Virus record (IMG/VR): IMGVR_UViG_3300032227_001172
Location: 1 to 64,000 of that record
Direction: 5' to 3' (one strand)
From: a virus
Taxonomy: Duplodnaviria; Caudoviricetes
Length of the DNA stretch: 64,000 bases
This document shows positions 8,332-17,399 of this stretch, piece by piece (position 1 is the first letter of the stretch; every line of letters starts with the position of its first letter). The position numbers and the translations under genes are program-made. Under the pieces are notes generated by a model, which did no database searches, was not told the DNA's origin, and saw nothing but the letters and a program-made list of their open reading frames with translations.

Positions 8332-8858
8332 ATAGACTTAAAAATCAAAGAGTTTATTTGGCTGGTGCTATTGATAGAGTTTATGACAATGGTCGGGGAT
8401 GGAGACAAGAGATTACTCCATTTTTAGAGTCATTGGGCGTAATAGTATTTAATCCAATCATCAAACCTACGGAAATTGGATTAGAAGACTCAGAAACTCA
8501 TTTGATCAAAGCCAAGCTTAAAAAACAAAAAAGATACGATGAATTAAGCTCTATGATGAAGATCATTAGATCAGTTGATCTAAGATTAGTAGACATTAGC
8601 GATTTTTTAATAGTCAATCTGGATCTCGATATCCACCCCTGTGGAACATATGAAGAAATTTTTTGGGCTAATAGACAGAAAAAACCTATTTTAATTCATA
8701 TGGTTCAAGGTAAAGAGTATTCTCCTGATTGGTTGTTTGGTACAATTCCTCATCAAATGATATATTCTGATTGGAATGATATGTATGCTTATTTAGAGCA
8801 TATTAATAGCTCAGAAAATATTAATTCTCATAATAGATGGTACTTTTTTAACATTTAA
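8328..8858 (+). CDS. nucleoside 2-deoxyribosyltransferase / DNPH1(Rcl)-like N-glycosidase
   Basis: VYLAGAI, WR, VFNP, DLxxVDxSD, GTYEE, KKP. Confidence 0.85.
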   Translation: MNRLKNQRVYLAGAIDRVYDNGRGWRQEITPFLESLGVIVFNPIIKPTEIGLEDSETHLIKAKLKKQKRYDELSSMMKIIRSVDLRLVDISDFLIVNLDLDIHPCGTYEEIFWANRQKKPILIHMVQGKEYSPDWLFGTIPHQMIYSDWNDMYAYLEHINSSENINSHNRWYFFNI

Positions 8859-8870
8859 TAGAAATTATAT

Positions 8871-9335
8871 ATGACAGAATCTATAATAGAAAATCAAATT
8901 TTTGATAATTCAAAAGTTTATATACAACGATCTAAGATGACAGGCAAAGGCGTGTTTGCTAAAACAGATATTGTTGCTGGAGATATTATTGAAAGATTTC
9001 CATTAATGCCTACACAATTTAGAACTAGATATCAGGGTGATCCAAGTATATTGATGAATTCTTTTATTAAACAATGTAATTGTGCAGAATGTACTAAACA
9101 TGGGTATGTTATTTATTTGGGTTTTGGATATAGTTGTTTATATGATTTTAAAGCACAACACAAAATTAATGCCACATATAAAATTAATTATGACGAATTT
9201 TTTGGAGATGTAATTGCAACAGAGAATATAACAAAAGATTCTGAAATTTCTATTAATGTAACAGAGTCTCACTATTATACTCAGGCCATAGCCAAAGCAA
9301 AACAGGATAACAATGAAAATAGACCCGAATACTAA
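8871..9335 (+). CDS. SET-domain protein with degenerate active site
   Basis: GKGVFAKTDIVAGDIIE and IATENITKDSEISIN; the NH motif reads YDF and the terminal Tyr is absent. Confidence 0.75.
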   Translation: MTESIIENQIFDNSKVYIQRSKMTGKGVFAKTDIVAGDIIERFPLMPTQFRTRYQGDPSILMNSFIKQCNCAECTKHGYVIYLGFGYSCLYDFKAQHKINATYKINYDEFFGDVIATENITKDSEISINVTESHYYTQAIAKAKQDNNENRPEY

Positions 9336-10440
9336 GTTTGATTTTGATAATGTTTTGATAAAACCCAAGAGATCTAATTTATCAAGCAGATCAGAAGTTT
9401 GTCTTAATAGATCTTTTAAGTTTCCATATTCCAATAGAACGCTAGAATGTACACCCATTTTTGCGGCTAATATGGATACTACTGGTTCTTTTAATATGGC
9501 TAAAGAACTAGTCAAGCATGGCTGTAATACCTGTTTGCATAAACACTATAGTCAAGAAGATCTAATCAAATTTTTTACATCAAAATCCATACCTAATAAT
9601 CATGTATTTTATTCTACTGGTATATCCAAAACAGATCTTAATAAATTAACACAAACTTACGATAAGCTACAGACTATTAATGTTGATTTACCTAATTTAT
9701 GTATTGATGTAGCTAATGGATATAGTGAACACTTTGTTAAGACATGTAAGTATTTGAGATCTTTATATCCTGAAATTATTATTATGGCTGGTAATGTTGT
9801 CACTCCAGAGATGACAGAAGAACTTATTATGCATGGTAATGTGGATATAGTTAAAATTGGTATAGGGTCAGGCAGCGTATGCACAACCAGACTCAAAACC
9901 GGTATAGGATATCCGCAACTATCTGCAATACTAGAGTGCGTGGACGCTGCACATAGTTTAAATGGGCATATATGTAGTGATGGAGGTTGTACAACACCAG
10001 CGGATATTTGTAAGGCTTTTGCTGCCAATGCTGATTTTGTAATGCTGGGTGGTATGTTAGCTGGCACTGATTGTTGCGAAGGCGAGTGGGAATATGAATA
10101 TCGTAGAGCAATAATAGATAATGATAAAAATATTCTTGAAGAACGATGGATTGCCGATGATCCAGGACATGCCGAAAAAAGAAAAAAGAGTTTGAAATTT
10201 TATGGTATGAGCAGTAAAGAGGCTATGAATAAACATAACGGAGGAGTAGCTAATTATAGAACGAGCGAAGGCAAATGTGTCTCTATTCCTTATAAAGGAT
10301 TAACTTCAGATATTATTAAAGATATTCTTGGTGGACTTAGAAGTTCTTGTACATATGTAGGAGCGCATTCCATAAAAGATTTTTCTAAAAATACAACATT
10401 TATTTTAGTCAATAATACACACAATAGGATTTATTCATGA
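9313..10440 (+). CDS. guaC: GMP reductase
   Basis: AANMDT, CIDVANGYSE, KIGIGSGSVCTTR, DGGC, FVMLGGM, FYGMSS, YRTSEGK, GGLRSSCTYVGA. Confidence 0.95.
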   Translation: MKIDPNTKFDFDNVLIKPKRSNLSSRSEVCLNRSFKFPYSNRTLECTPIFAANMDTTGSFNMAKELVKHGCNTCLHKHYSQEDLIKFFTSKSIPNNHVFYSTGISKTDLNKLTQTYDKLQTINVDLPNLCIDVANGYSEHFVKTCKYLRSLYPEIIIMAGNVVTPEMTEELIMHGNVDIVKIGIGSGSVCTTRLKTGIGYPQLSAILECVDAAHSLNGHICSDGGCTTPADICKAFAANADFVMLGGMLAGTDCCEGEWEYEYRRAIIDNDKNILEERWIADDPGHAEKRKKSLKFYGMSSKEAMNKHNGGVANYRTSEGKCVSIPYKGLTSDIIKDILGGLRSSCTYVGAHSIKDFSKNTTFILVNNTHNRIYS

Positions 10441-11489
10441 ATCTACACTTAATGTCACCAATTGGTTATACAGGATATGGTTATGCAAGTTTAAACATTC
10501 TAAAAGCTTTATCCTCAGACAACCATGTTGCATTACATTTGATTGGAAACCCTAATATAGACAATCAAGATGATGTTACCTTAATTAAGCATAGTATCGG
10601 TTTATCTCATCTTATCCCATTAGACAGTCCATGTTTGAAAATATGGCATCAGTTCGATCTACTAAGTAGGGTTGGTAAGGGTCCATATATTGCGTTTCCT
10701 TTTTTTGAAGTTAATACATTTAATCAAAAAGAATTATACAATCTACAGCTGCCAGATAAATTCATTGTATCATCTAATTGGGCCAAAACTATACTACAAA
10801 ATAATAATATTGAACAGCCCATATCTGTTGTTCCACTAGGAGTGGATTTATCTATTTTTGATTATCGCAAGAATCAAAAAACTAATAATTATGTATTTAT
10901 TACAATTGGAAAATGGGAAAAAAGAAAAGCTCACGATGTGATTATTGAATGTTTTAATAAGGCTTTCGACATTAACGATAATGTAGAACTATGGATGATA
11001 ACCCACAATAGTTTCTTGAATAATGAAGAAGAAAGATACTGGACAGACTTGGTTAACACATCTAAACTTAGTAATAAGATCCGTATTTTCCCTAGACTAC
11101 CCAGTCATCAGAATGTAGCAGAAGTAATATCGTATGCTAATTGTGGTATATATATCTCTCGTGGAGAAGGTTGGGATATGGAATTATTAGAAACTATGGC
11201 TATGAATAAGCCAGTTATTGCATCTAATTATTCTGCGCATACTGAATATTGTAATAATACTAACTCTTTTTTGGTAGATATGCCAGATACAGAACCAGCT
11301 ATTGACAACAAGTGGTTTTTTGGACAATCCAATTGGGGTAAAATAACAGATACTCAAATTGATCAAACCATAGCCCATATGAGATACTGTTATGAAAACA
11401 ATATTTCAACCAATGAAAATGGCTTAAAAACTGCAGAATCTTTATCATGGCAGAATACAGCAGCTAAACTTATAGAATCACTGAAATAG
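10437..11489 (+). CDS. GT-B (GT4-like) glycosyltransferase
   Basis: TGYG, VVPLGVD, GKWEKRK, EGWDMELLE (EX7E). Confidence 0.9.
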   Translation: MNLHLMSPIGYTGYGYASLNILKALSSDNHVALHLIGNPNIDNQDDVTLIKHSIGLSHLIPLDSPCLKIWHQFDLLSRVGKGPYIAFPFFEVNTFNQKELYNLQLPDKFIVSSNWAKTILQNNNIEQPISVVPLGVDLSIFDYRKNQKTNNYVFITIGKWEKRKAHDVIIECFNKAFDINDNVELWMITHNSFLNNEEERYWTDLVNTSKLSNKIRIFPRLPSHQNVAEVISYANCGIYISRGEGWDMELLETMAMNKPVIASNYSAHTEYCNNTNSFLVDMPDTEPAIDNKWFFGQSNWGKITDTQIDQTIAHMRYCYENNISTNENGLKTAESLSWQNTAAKLIESLK

Positions 11490-11504
11490 TTTCTATCTTG
11501 ATTG

Positions 11505-11510
11505 GTGTAT
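11505..11510 (+). promoter_or_regulatory. GTGTAT motif
   Basis: Intergenic copy of the recurrent motif. Confidence 0.55.
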
Positions 11511-11547
11511 TTATTGTTGACATTATTATTTTAATAAGGATACTTTT

Positions 11548-12072
11548 ATGCCTATACCTTCTCCAGATAAAAACGAAGATAAACAAAAATTTACCGCTAG
11601 ATGTATGGGTAATCCAGTAATGAAAAAAGATTATCCAAATACACAACAAAGATTAGCTATTTGTTTATCTCAAACCAGAAAAAAAAGTAAAAGTAGTCTC
11701 ATAGAAGAAGTTCATGATCATTTACTAGCATCTAATTGCTGTTGGAATGATGAATGGGACGAGTTTACTGTAACACTAGATCTACCAGAAGATACCAGTA
11801 TTTATGATGAAGATGGTGTCGTCATGGCAGCAGAAAAAGGTGGCAGAAAAGTTACATTAAATAAACCTTTTAGAACACCAGATGGACCTAAAAAATTTAG
11901 CGTATATGTTAAGAACGATAAAGGAAATGTGGTCAAAGTTAATTTTGGTGATCCCAATATGGAAATCAAAAAAGATATTCCAGCAAGAAGAAAAAGCTTT
12001 AGGGCTAGAATGAGATGCGATACTCCTGGACCCAAGTGGAAAAGTCGATATTGGGCCTGTAAGAGCTGGTAG
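11548..12072 (+). CDS. two-domain phage protein (N: FxxRCM...QRxAIC module; C: basic KKFSVYV...VNFGDP...FRARxxC...YW module)
   Basis: Both modules recalled as recurrent in large dsDNA virus proteins of unknown function. Confidence 0.65.
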   Translation: MPIPSPDKNEDKQKFTARCMGNPVMKKDYPNTQQRLAICLSQTRKKSKSSLIEEVHDHLLASNCCWNDEWDEFTVTLDLPEDTSIYDEDGVVMAAEKGGRKVTLNKPFRTPDGPKKFSVYVKNDKGNVVKVNFGDPNMEIKKDIPARRKSFRARMRCDTPGPKWKSRYWACKSW

Positions 12073-12111
12073 AACAATTTTATATTAACTACAAAAAATG
12101 GATCAATAATC

Positions 12112-12663
12112 ATGACTAAACCAATCGAAGAACTATTAAAAGATCAAAATAATTCAGTTGCCAAAAAAGAAATGTTAAAAGCTCAACAGATCGAAGGATA
12201 CTCATCAGATACTGTAATAGAGCTAATTAAAAAATCTTTGAATATTCACTGGCAGCAAACAACTGTTTTAACAGCACAAGCTGAACATCTTGAAAGATGG
12301 GGATATAAAAAATTAGCAGCAATTCTTAAAGAAGATGCTATCCAAGAACAAACCCATGCAGCAATCAACATTAAGAGATTAGAGTTTTTTGATGCTGATT
12401 ACCAACCTTTAGTATTAAGTCCTCCATCCTGGAAGCGACATGATATGGTTGCAATGATTCAATACGATCTAGACTCTGTGAGAGAAGCATCTGCTACTGA
12501 AAGAGCCACAATAGTTGCTGCTAGAACAGTAGGCGATGAAATTACAGCTAATATATTTATCGAACTACTACAAGGTAGCGAAGACGGAATCGAGCTATAT
12601 GAAGGTTTTCTAAAATTAATAGAGCAAATGGGGCTTGATAATTTCTTAACTCTACAGGTTTAA
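12112..12663 (+). CDS. bacterioferritin-like protein with degenerate ferroxidase and heme sites
   Basis: ERWGYKKLA, EQTHA, GDEITANIF, LIEQMGLDNFL align with Bfr helices A-E. Confidence 0.8.
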   Translation: MTKPIEELLKDQNNSVAKKEMLKAQQIEGYSSDTVIELIKKSLNIHWQQTTVLTAQAEHLERWGYKKLAAILKEDAIQEQTHAAINIKRLEFFDADYQPLVLSPPSWKRHDMVAMIQYDLDSVREASATERATIVAARTVGDEITANIFIELLQGSEDGIELYEGFLKLIEQMGLDNFLTLQV

Positions 12664-12702
12664 TAGTATCGATTTAAAATTAATCTTTATAAAGGGTAAA
12701 AT

Positions 12703-13257
12703 ATGTTAGACAGATTTCATAAATTAATGAATCAAATATCGGAATCGGTTTCCATCGCACAAAAGACATATAAAAGTAAGTCAGAAGATGGCGATTTTAC
12801 AGAAGTTGAAGATATGGAAGTTGAAAGTCCTGAGATGGAATTAATGGAGTATAAAGCAGATTTTTTTGAGATGAACGTAGGCTCACTACGAGCTATAGCC
12901 ACACATGCTACAGAAATTCTCAATGCCCTAGAGAATCCAAGAGTCAAAGAAAACTTGACAGAGAGCTGGTTACAGGGTAAAATTGCTATTACCGAGGATT
13001 ACATGAGAACAATTCACGATTTTATCATGTATGTGTCCGAGGCTGCCGATAATATATCTGCGGCTGATCGACCCGGCCTTTGGGAAAATATTCGTAAGAA
13101 AAAACAAAGAGAGGGAAAGAAATACAAACCAGCTAAACGAGGAGATCCAGATAGACCTAATCCAGAACAATGGAAAAAATTAACCAAATCTGGTAAATGT
13201 GGAGTGTGCGGAACAACAGAAAAGAAGGACTGTCCATGCACAACTCCTGAACTGTAA
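12703..13257 (+). CDS. phage protein with acidic N-terminus and basic PGLWENIRKK module (possible head-internal protein)
   Basis: WLQGKIAITEDY and GLWENI motifs; C-terminal CxxC..CPC. Confidence 0.6.
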   Translation: MLDRFHKLMNQISESVSIAQKTYKSKSEDGDFTEVEDMEVESPEMELMEYKADFFEMNVGSLRAIATHATEILNALENPRVKENLTESWLQGKIAITEDYMRTIHDFIMYVSEAADNISAADRPGLWENIRKKKQREGKKYKPAKRGDPDRPNPEQWKKLTKSGKCGVCGTTEKKDCPCTTPEL

Positions 13258-13299
13258 TCATAGATTTTATAACTTTAACTTGATAAGAGGACATAAAGG

Positions 13300-13887
13300 A
13301 TGGATAATCAAAAATTTGAGGATCTTAGTACATACATATTGCTAGCTAAAAAGGTGATATCTAAATTTGCCCCATCGTTTTATAATGGGCTTCATAAGGA
13401 GCTTTTATCAAATGAAGATGCAGTATCTGATATAGCATCGGCTTTAATGATAGCAGATTGGAAATGGGATAAAGATCGTACAGGATTTAATGGTCAATCT
13501 AAAACTAGATATTCTTATAGAAACCAATGTGGTTTATGGGCTATTAAAACCTATGTGTCTAATAAATATAAGAAAAAAAATCATAAGCTATCCATAGATA
13601 ATTTAAGTAATGACGATCTAAGAACTCACGCCTCTCATATAGTTGACAACTCTAATTGTAATCCTTATGAGATTCTAGCAGAAAAAGAAGAAAAGAATTT
13701 TATTCAGCAAAATATTAACAATGTGTTGGAATCAGGCATCCTATCTGATAAACAAAAGAACCAAATTAAGAAATATTATTTTGAAAATAAAACATTGCTA
13801 GAAATTGGAAAAGAATATGGAGTTACAAGAGAAGCTGTTAGACAAAATATTCAAAAGGGACTAAAACGTATCAAGAATTATGTTTAA
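13300..13887 (+). CDS. phage sigma70-family sigma factor
   Basis: Region-2-like ALMIADWKWD...YSY; region 4 HTH TLLEIGKEYGVTREAVRQ. Confidence 0.85.
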   Translation: MDNQKFEDLSTYILLAKKVISKFAPSFYNGLHKELLSNEDAVSDIASALMIADWKWDKDRTGFNGQSKTRYSYRNQCGLWAIKTYVSNKYKKKNHKLSIDNLSNDDLRTHASHIVDNSNCNPYEILAEKEEKNFIQQNINNVLESGILSDKQKNQIKKYYFENKTLLEIGKEYGVTREAVRQNIQKGLKRIKNYV

Positions 13888-14284
13888 AAAACTAATATCA
13901 TATTTTTCTTCTAAACAGACCCACGATATTCTAAGGAAGCCAGCCGATATTAAGCTGGCTTCTCTTAATATCGAAATTAATAATGATGGAACTCTTAATA
14001 TTATATGTGATTGGCCAGAATTTAATGAAAATAATGCTCATAAAATTAAAGATATTGCATATTTTTATGCTCTTGGTATACACGCTATCAATAAAGGTTT
14101 CTTAGAAAAAGATATAATAGATACACTAGTTAATCATGATAAAACAAATGTATTTAATACTTTGTTTACTCAAAATACTCTATTAGAATTATTAAATTTA
14201 GAGAAAAATTTTAAACACAATAATCAAAACACACAGCATGATCAACCCATTGTATCTCCTTTAGAAGTATTTAAATCTCGGTAA
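13880..14284 (+). CDS. hypothetical protein
   Basis: 134 aa; overlaps the sigma factor stop. Confidence 0.7.
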   Translation: MFKKLISYFSSKQTHDILRKPADIKLASLNIEINNDGTLNIICDWPEFNENNAHKIKDIAYFYALGIHAINKGFLEKDIIDTLVNHDKTNVFNTLFTQNTLLELLNLEKNFKHNNQNTQHDQPIVSPLEVFKSR

Positions 14285-14312
14285 TTGCTTATCTCTTATT
14301 ACAGAATATAAT
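14285..14312 (+). promoter_or_regulatory. sigma70-like promoter TTGCTT-N16-TATAAT, possibly giving a leaderless mRNA
   Basis: ATG 14319 lies 7 nt after the -10 box and has no SD. Confidence 0.55.
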
Positions 14313-14318
14313 ACTATT

Positions 14319-14783
14319 ATGAAGCATGATACTTATCACATAGTGTGGCAAAAATGGGCTGATCCATTAGGCGAAGACGATATGGACAATATATCTCCAG
14401 AAGATAATGTGGTTACTTCTGATAATATTGATCCAGAATTTTATGATGATACTGGAGAACCAATATCAGATAATACAGAAATATCTGATAATGTTAATTT
14501 TTATCAAAAACCCACAAGGGTTATTATGACTCCGATGGGAATAATTCCGTATACCGATAATACTGCATCTAATAAAATTTTTAATTTGTGGGTAGGTCAT
14601 ACCAACTTCGATATTACAACACCTATTGTGAAAATGATAGAATCTTATCCTGGCATAGAAACTTTAGATATATTTACTAGATATAGATTTAGAATTGGAG
14701 TAGGCAAGTTATTTAATGCTGGTGAAGTTATGTCTACTCTAACTGATGATCTTTATAAATATTTATTAGAACACGAGAATTAA
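14319..14783 (+). CDS. hypothetical protein
   Basis: 154 aa; acidic insert; WVGHTNFDIT and TRYRFRIGVGKLF look like conserved blocks. Confidence 0.75.
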   Translation: MKHDTYHIVWQKWADPLGEDDMDNISPEDNVVTSDNIDPEFYDDTGEPISDNTEISDNVNFYQKPTRVIMTPMGIIPYTDNTASNKIFNLWVGHTNFDITTPIVKMIESYPGIETLDIFTRYRFRIGVGKLFNAGEVMSTLTDDLYKYLLEHEN

Positions 14784-14784
14784 A

Positions 14785-15450
14785 ATGGTTATTCCTAATA
14801 CAGATCAAGGTTTACAGGACATACATAATTCTTGTATTGATGTTAAATCTAGAGAAGTTTATCTACATTCTTCATTTGATTCTGATGAAGAAAGTGGCGT
14901 TGATTTCAAATCGGCTATAGTATTTGAAAAAAATATAAGATATCTGAATCAAATATCTCATGATCCTATTTTAGTGCATATGCATTTGCCAGGAGGAGTA
15001 TGGGAAGATTGTTTAGCGATTTATGATACCATAAAAACATCCCCCGCTAAAATATATATGTTAGCATATGCTAAAGTAGAATCTGCTAGTAGTATAATTT
15101 TTCAAGCTCCTCATTTAAGAGTTCTTATGCCAAATACCCATATTTTAATTCATTATGGTTCACTAAGCATAGAAAATGAACATAAGGCAGCCATGAGCAG
15201 TTTACAATGGAGCGAAAAAGAATCAGAAAAAATGATAGACATCTTTACCGAAAGATGCCTCAAAAGCCCTCTTGCAATAGAAAAAAATTGGAAAAAATTT
15301 ATTGTCAAAAAACACATAATGTCGCAGCTGGCTAATAAAAGTGACTGGATTTTAAATGCTGAGGAAGCTCTGTATTATGGCTTTGCTGATGGTGTATTAG
15401 GTGATAGAAAGTTTCCTACCATAGATCGATTAAAACAGAGAAAACGATGA
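14785..15450 (+). CDS. clpP: ClpP-family serine protease
   Basis: LPGG, AIYD, ESAS (Ser), LIHY (His), DWILNAEEALYYGFAD (Asp). Confidence 0.85.
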   Translation: MVIPNTDQGLQDIHNSCIDVKSREVYLHSSFDSDEESGVDFKSAIVFEKNIRYLNQISHDPILVHMHLPGGVWEDCLAIYDTIKTSPAKIYMLAYAKVESASSIIFQAPHLRVLMPNTHILIHYGSLSIENEHKAAMSSLQWSEKESEKMIDIFTERCLKSPLAIEKNWKKFIVKKHIMSQLANKSDWILNAEEALYYGFADGVLGDRKFPTIDRLKQRKR

Positions 15451-15451
15451 C

Positions 15452-16108
15452 ATGCTCCAATACGTTGAATATGGTTACTATGACTATGCTAGTGGAGAGC
15501 AAGAAACTAAAGATACTATAAGTATAGCTACTAAATTAGCTCCATCAACTATTTCTGTATTGCCACAATATGTTAAGCTGATTAAAAAAAATATACCAGA
15601 TCATATAAAATTAGGAACAGTCATAGATTATCCCTTTGGATTATCGAATTATGCAGATAGGGAGTCTGCTGTAGTTTCTGCTATTAAGAACGGGGCTAAC
15701 GCCATAGAAATTGTTTGCCCAAATTATGCATTGTGCAATAGGAAATACGATAAGTTTCGCTTAGAAATTGATGTCTTGAAAGAAATATGCGCTAATCATA
15801 ATGTAGATTTAAAATATGTTTTAGAATATAAAATATATACGTTAAATTTATTATATAAAATTTCAGAAATTTTGTTTTTAAAAGAATTATCAACTACATA
15901 TATTTCTAGTAGTTTTTTTATGGACAGTATTAGCGATAATATTCTTGTTGCTATGATGTTACAAAAAAAGAATCCAAATATGAATCTAATTGTCACGGGT
16001 CAAGCATGGACCGATAAGCATATAGATTTAATATTGTCAAATTCTAATATTTTTGCTTATAAAACTACGAATATTTATACTCTAGAAAAAATTATACGTA
16101 AAATTTAA
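15452..16108 (+). CDS. DeoC (deoxyribose-phosphate aldolase)-fold protein lacking the Schiff-base Lys
   Basis: TVIDYPFG, AIKNGANAIEIV, LKYVLE present; the KTSTG motif reads YISSS. Confidence 0.75.
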   Translation: MLQYVEYGYYDYASGEQETKDTISIATKLAPSTISVLPQYVKLIKKNIPDHIKLGTVIDYPFGLSNYADRESAVVSAIKNGANAIEIVCPNYALCNRKYDKFRLEIDVLKEICANHNVDLKYVLEYKIYTLNLLYKISEILFLKELSTTYISSSFFMDSISDNILVAMMLQKKNPNMNLIVTGQAWTDKHIDLILSNSNIFAYKTTNIYTLEKIIRKI

Positions 16109-16167
16109 GATTTTGGGGTAAAAAATAGAGTATATATATACAACCTTTTTACTGGAGAAATCATACT

Positions 16168-16743
16168 ATGGCCACAGTACAAACAGACGGTTCATCAGCC
16201 GTAACAAAACAAAGCACTGTTAATAACGGTGGTGTCGGACAAAATGTCGGCACTTCAACAGTTTTAGGTAGTCAGACATTAGGCACAGCTGATAGAGGTG
16301 GTGTATTTGGTTCCACACCAATCGCTAACGCTACCAAAGATTATGCCGACAAGGCGCTTTCTGCTGGAACATTCAAAGCTGAAAATCAAAGAGGAGTAAT
16401 TCAAAGAGTAACTTCTACTTTGGCTGGTGGTGTTTCCCAAGACTTTCTAACACACTCAGCAAATGATACTAGCAATGCTAGAAGTATTCATCGTCAAGAA
16501 AAAGTCACAACAACAAGAACAACATCTGCTATCCGTTCTGGTTACTGGAATATTTATACCGGTAGATGGACCACAAATCCAACAACCGCTACAGATAATT
16601 TCTGGGATATTGCAAACGATACGACATCAGCAACATCCACAGACGAAGCAGCTACTCCAACACGTTCAGTTCCTGGCGAACTAACTTATAAGCTTGGTAA
16701 TAAAGTACCAGTTTCTGTAGATTATAAAGCCAAGACAGGCTGA
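16168..16743 (+). CDS. probable virion structural protein (T/S/G/A-rich)
   Basis: Strong GGAG RBS, composition, followed by a terminator. Confidence 0.6.
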   Translation: MATVQTDGSSAVTKQSTVNNGGVGQNVGTSTVLGSQTLGTADRGGVFGSTPIANATKDYADKALSAGTFKAENQRGVIQRVTSTLAGGVSQDFLTHSANDTSNARSIHRQEKVTTTRTTSAIRSGYWNIYTGRWTTNPTTATDNFWDIANDTTSATSTDEAATPTRSVPGELTYKLGNKVPVSVDYKAKTG

Positions 16744-16752
16744 TAAATTTTA

Positions 16753-16758
16753 GTGTAT
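16753..16758 (+). promoter_or_regulatory. GTGTAT motif
   Basis: Intergenic copy immediately before a hairpin. Confidence 0.5.
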
Positions 16759-16771
16759 ACTACTATAGAGA

Positions 16772-16806
16772 AGCCAGAGGTGTTTAAGGCATCTCTGGCT
16801 TTTTTT
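16772..16806 (+). terminator. intrinsic terminator
   Basis: Stem AGCCAGAGGTG / CATCTCTGGCT followed by a T run. Confidence 0.85.
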
Positions 16807-16843
16807 ACAATATTCATCAATATGTAACGTATTGGAGATTAAT

Positions 16844-17176
16844 ATGGCCGATCCAGACCCAAATACTATCGGTGTTTTTCTTGATAATCTCACAACCTCA
16901 ATGGTTAGTATTATTATAGCACTAGTTGGTTTTTGGACAACTTTTATTAAAAATTTAGTTAATAGAAAAGAAGTAGAGCATATGATTCAAACACAAAGTC
17001 AATATGCTAAAGATAGAGAATTTATTATGGCTCGTTTAAATGATCATAAAGAAGATAGTGCTACATTATTTAAAGCACTTAATAAAAATACTGAAGTCAT
17101 GAGTGAACTCAAAGTACAAATTGGTATGCTTAGTAAAACTTTAGAAACACTAGAAAAAAGAATAGAAAGGTATTAA
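16844..17176 (+). CDS. TM helix plus coiled-coil protein (holin-like)
   Basis: MVSIIIALVGFWTTFI TM segment, then heptad-rich C-terminus; start moved to ATG after GGAG. Confidence 0.55.
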   Translation: MADPDPNTIGVFLDNLTTSMVSIIIALVGFWTTFIKNLVNRKEVEHMIQTQSQYAKDREFIMARLNDHKEDSATLFKALNKNTEVMSELKVQIGMLSKTLETLEKRIERY

Positions 17177-17180
17177 AACT

Positions 17181-17399
17181 ATGGCAAATGATATTGTAGA
17201 AGCTATTGCAGCAAATGAAATCAAAAATGGTTCAGCTATTGTTGCCTGTTTACCAACTGGACCTAATACAAATTTTGTAAATAATACATATGTAAATAAT
17301 CAACCTAATATTAATAGCATTCAAGCTAAATACGATAATAGATTTTACAATGGTATTTTTGTTCAATTAGTCGGTGACCAAACAGTAATAGGTGGATAA
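17181..17399 (+). CDS. small hypothetical (virion-like) protein
   Basis: 72 aa; GAAAGG RBS; TAATG coupling to the next gene. Confidence 0.65.
   Translation: MANDIVEAIAANEIKNGSAIVACLPTGPNTNFVNNTYVNNQPNINSIQAKYDNRFYNGIFVQLVGDQTVIGG

Noticed and set aside
14785-15450. ClpP as the prohead maturation protease
   Set aside because: No portal or capsid gene is adjacent and it follows a host-type promoter; not excluded, but unsupported here
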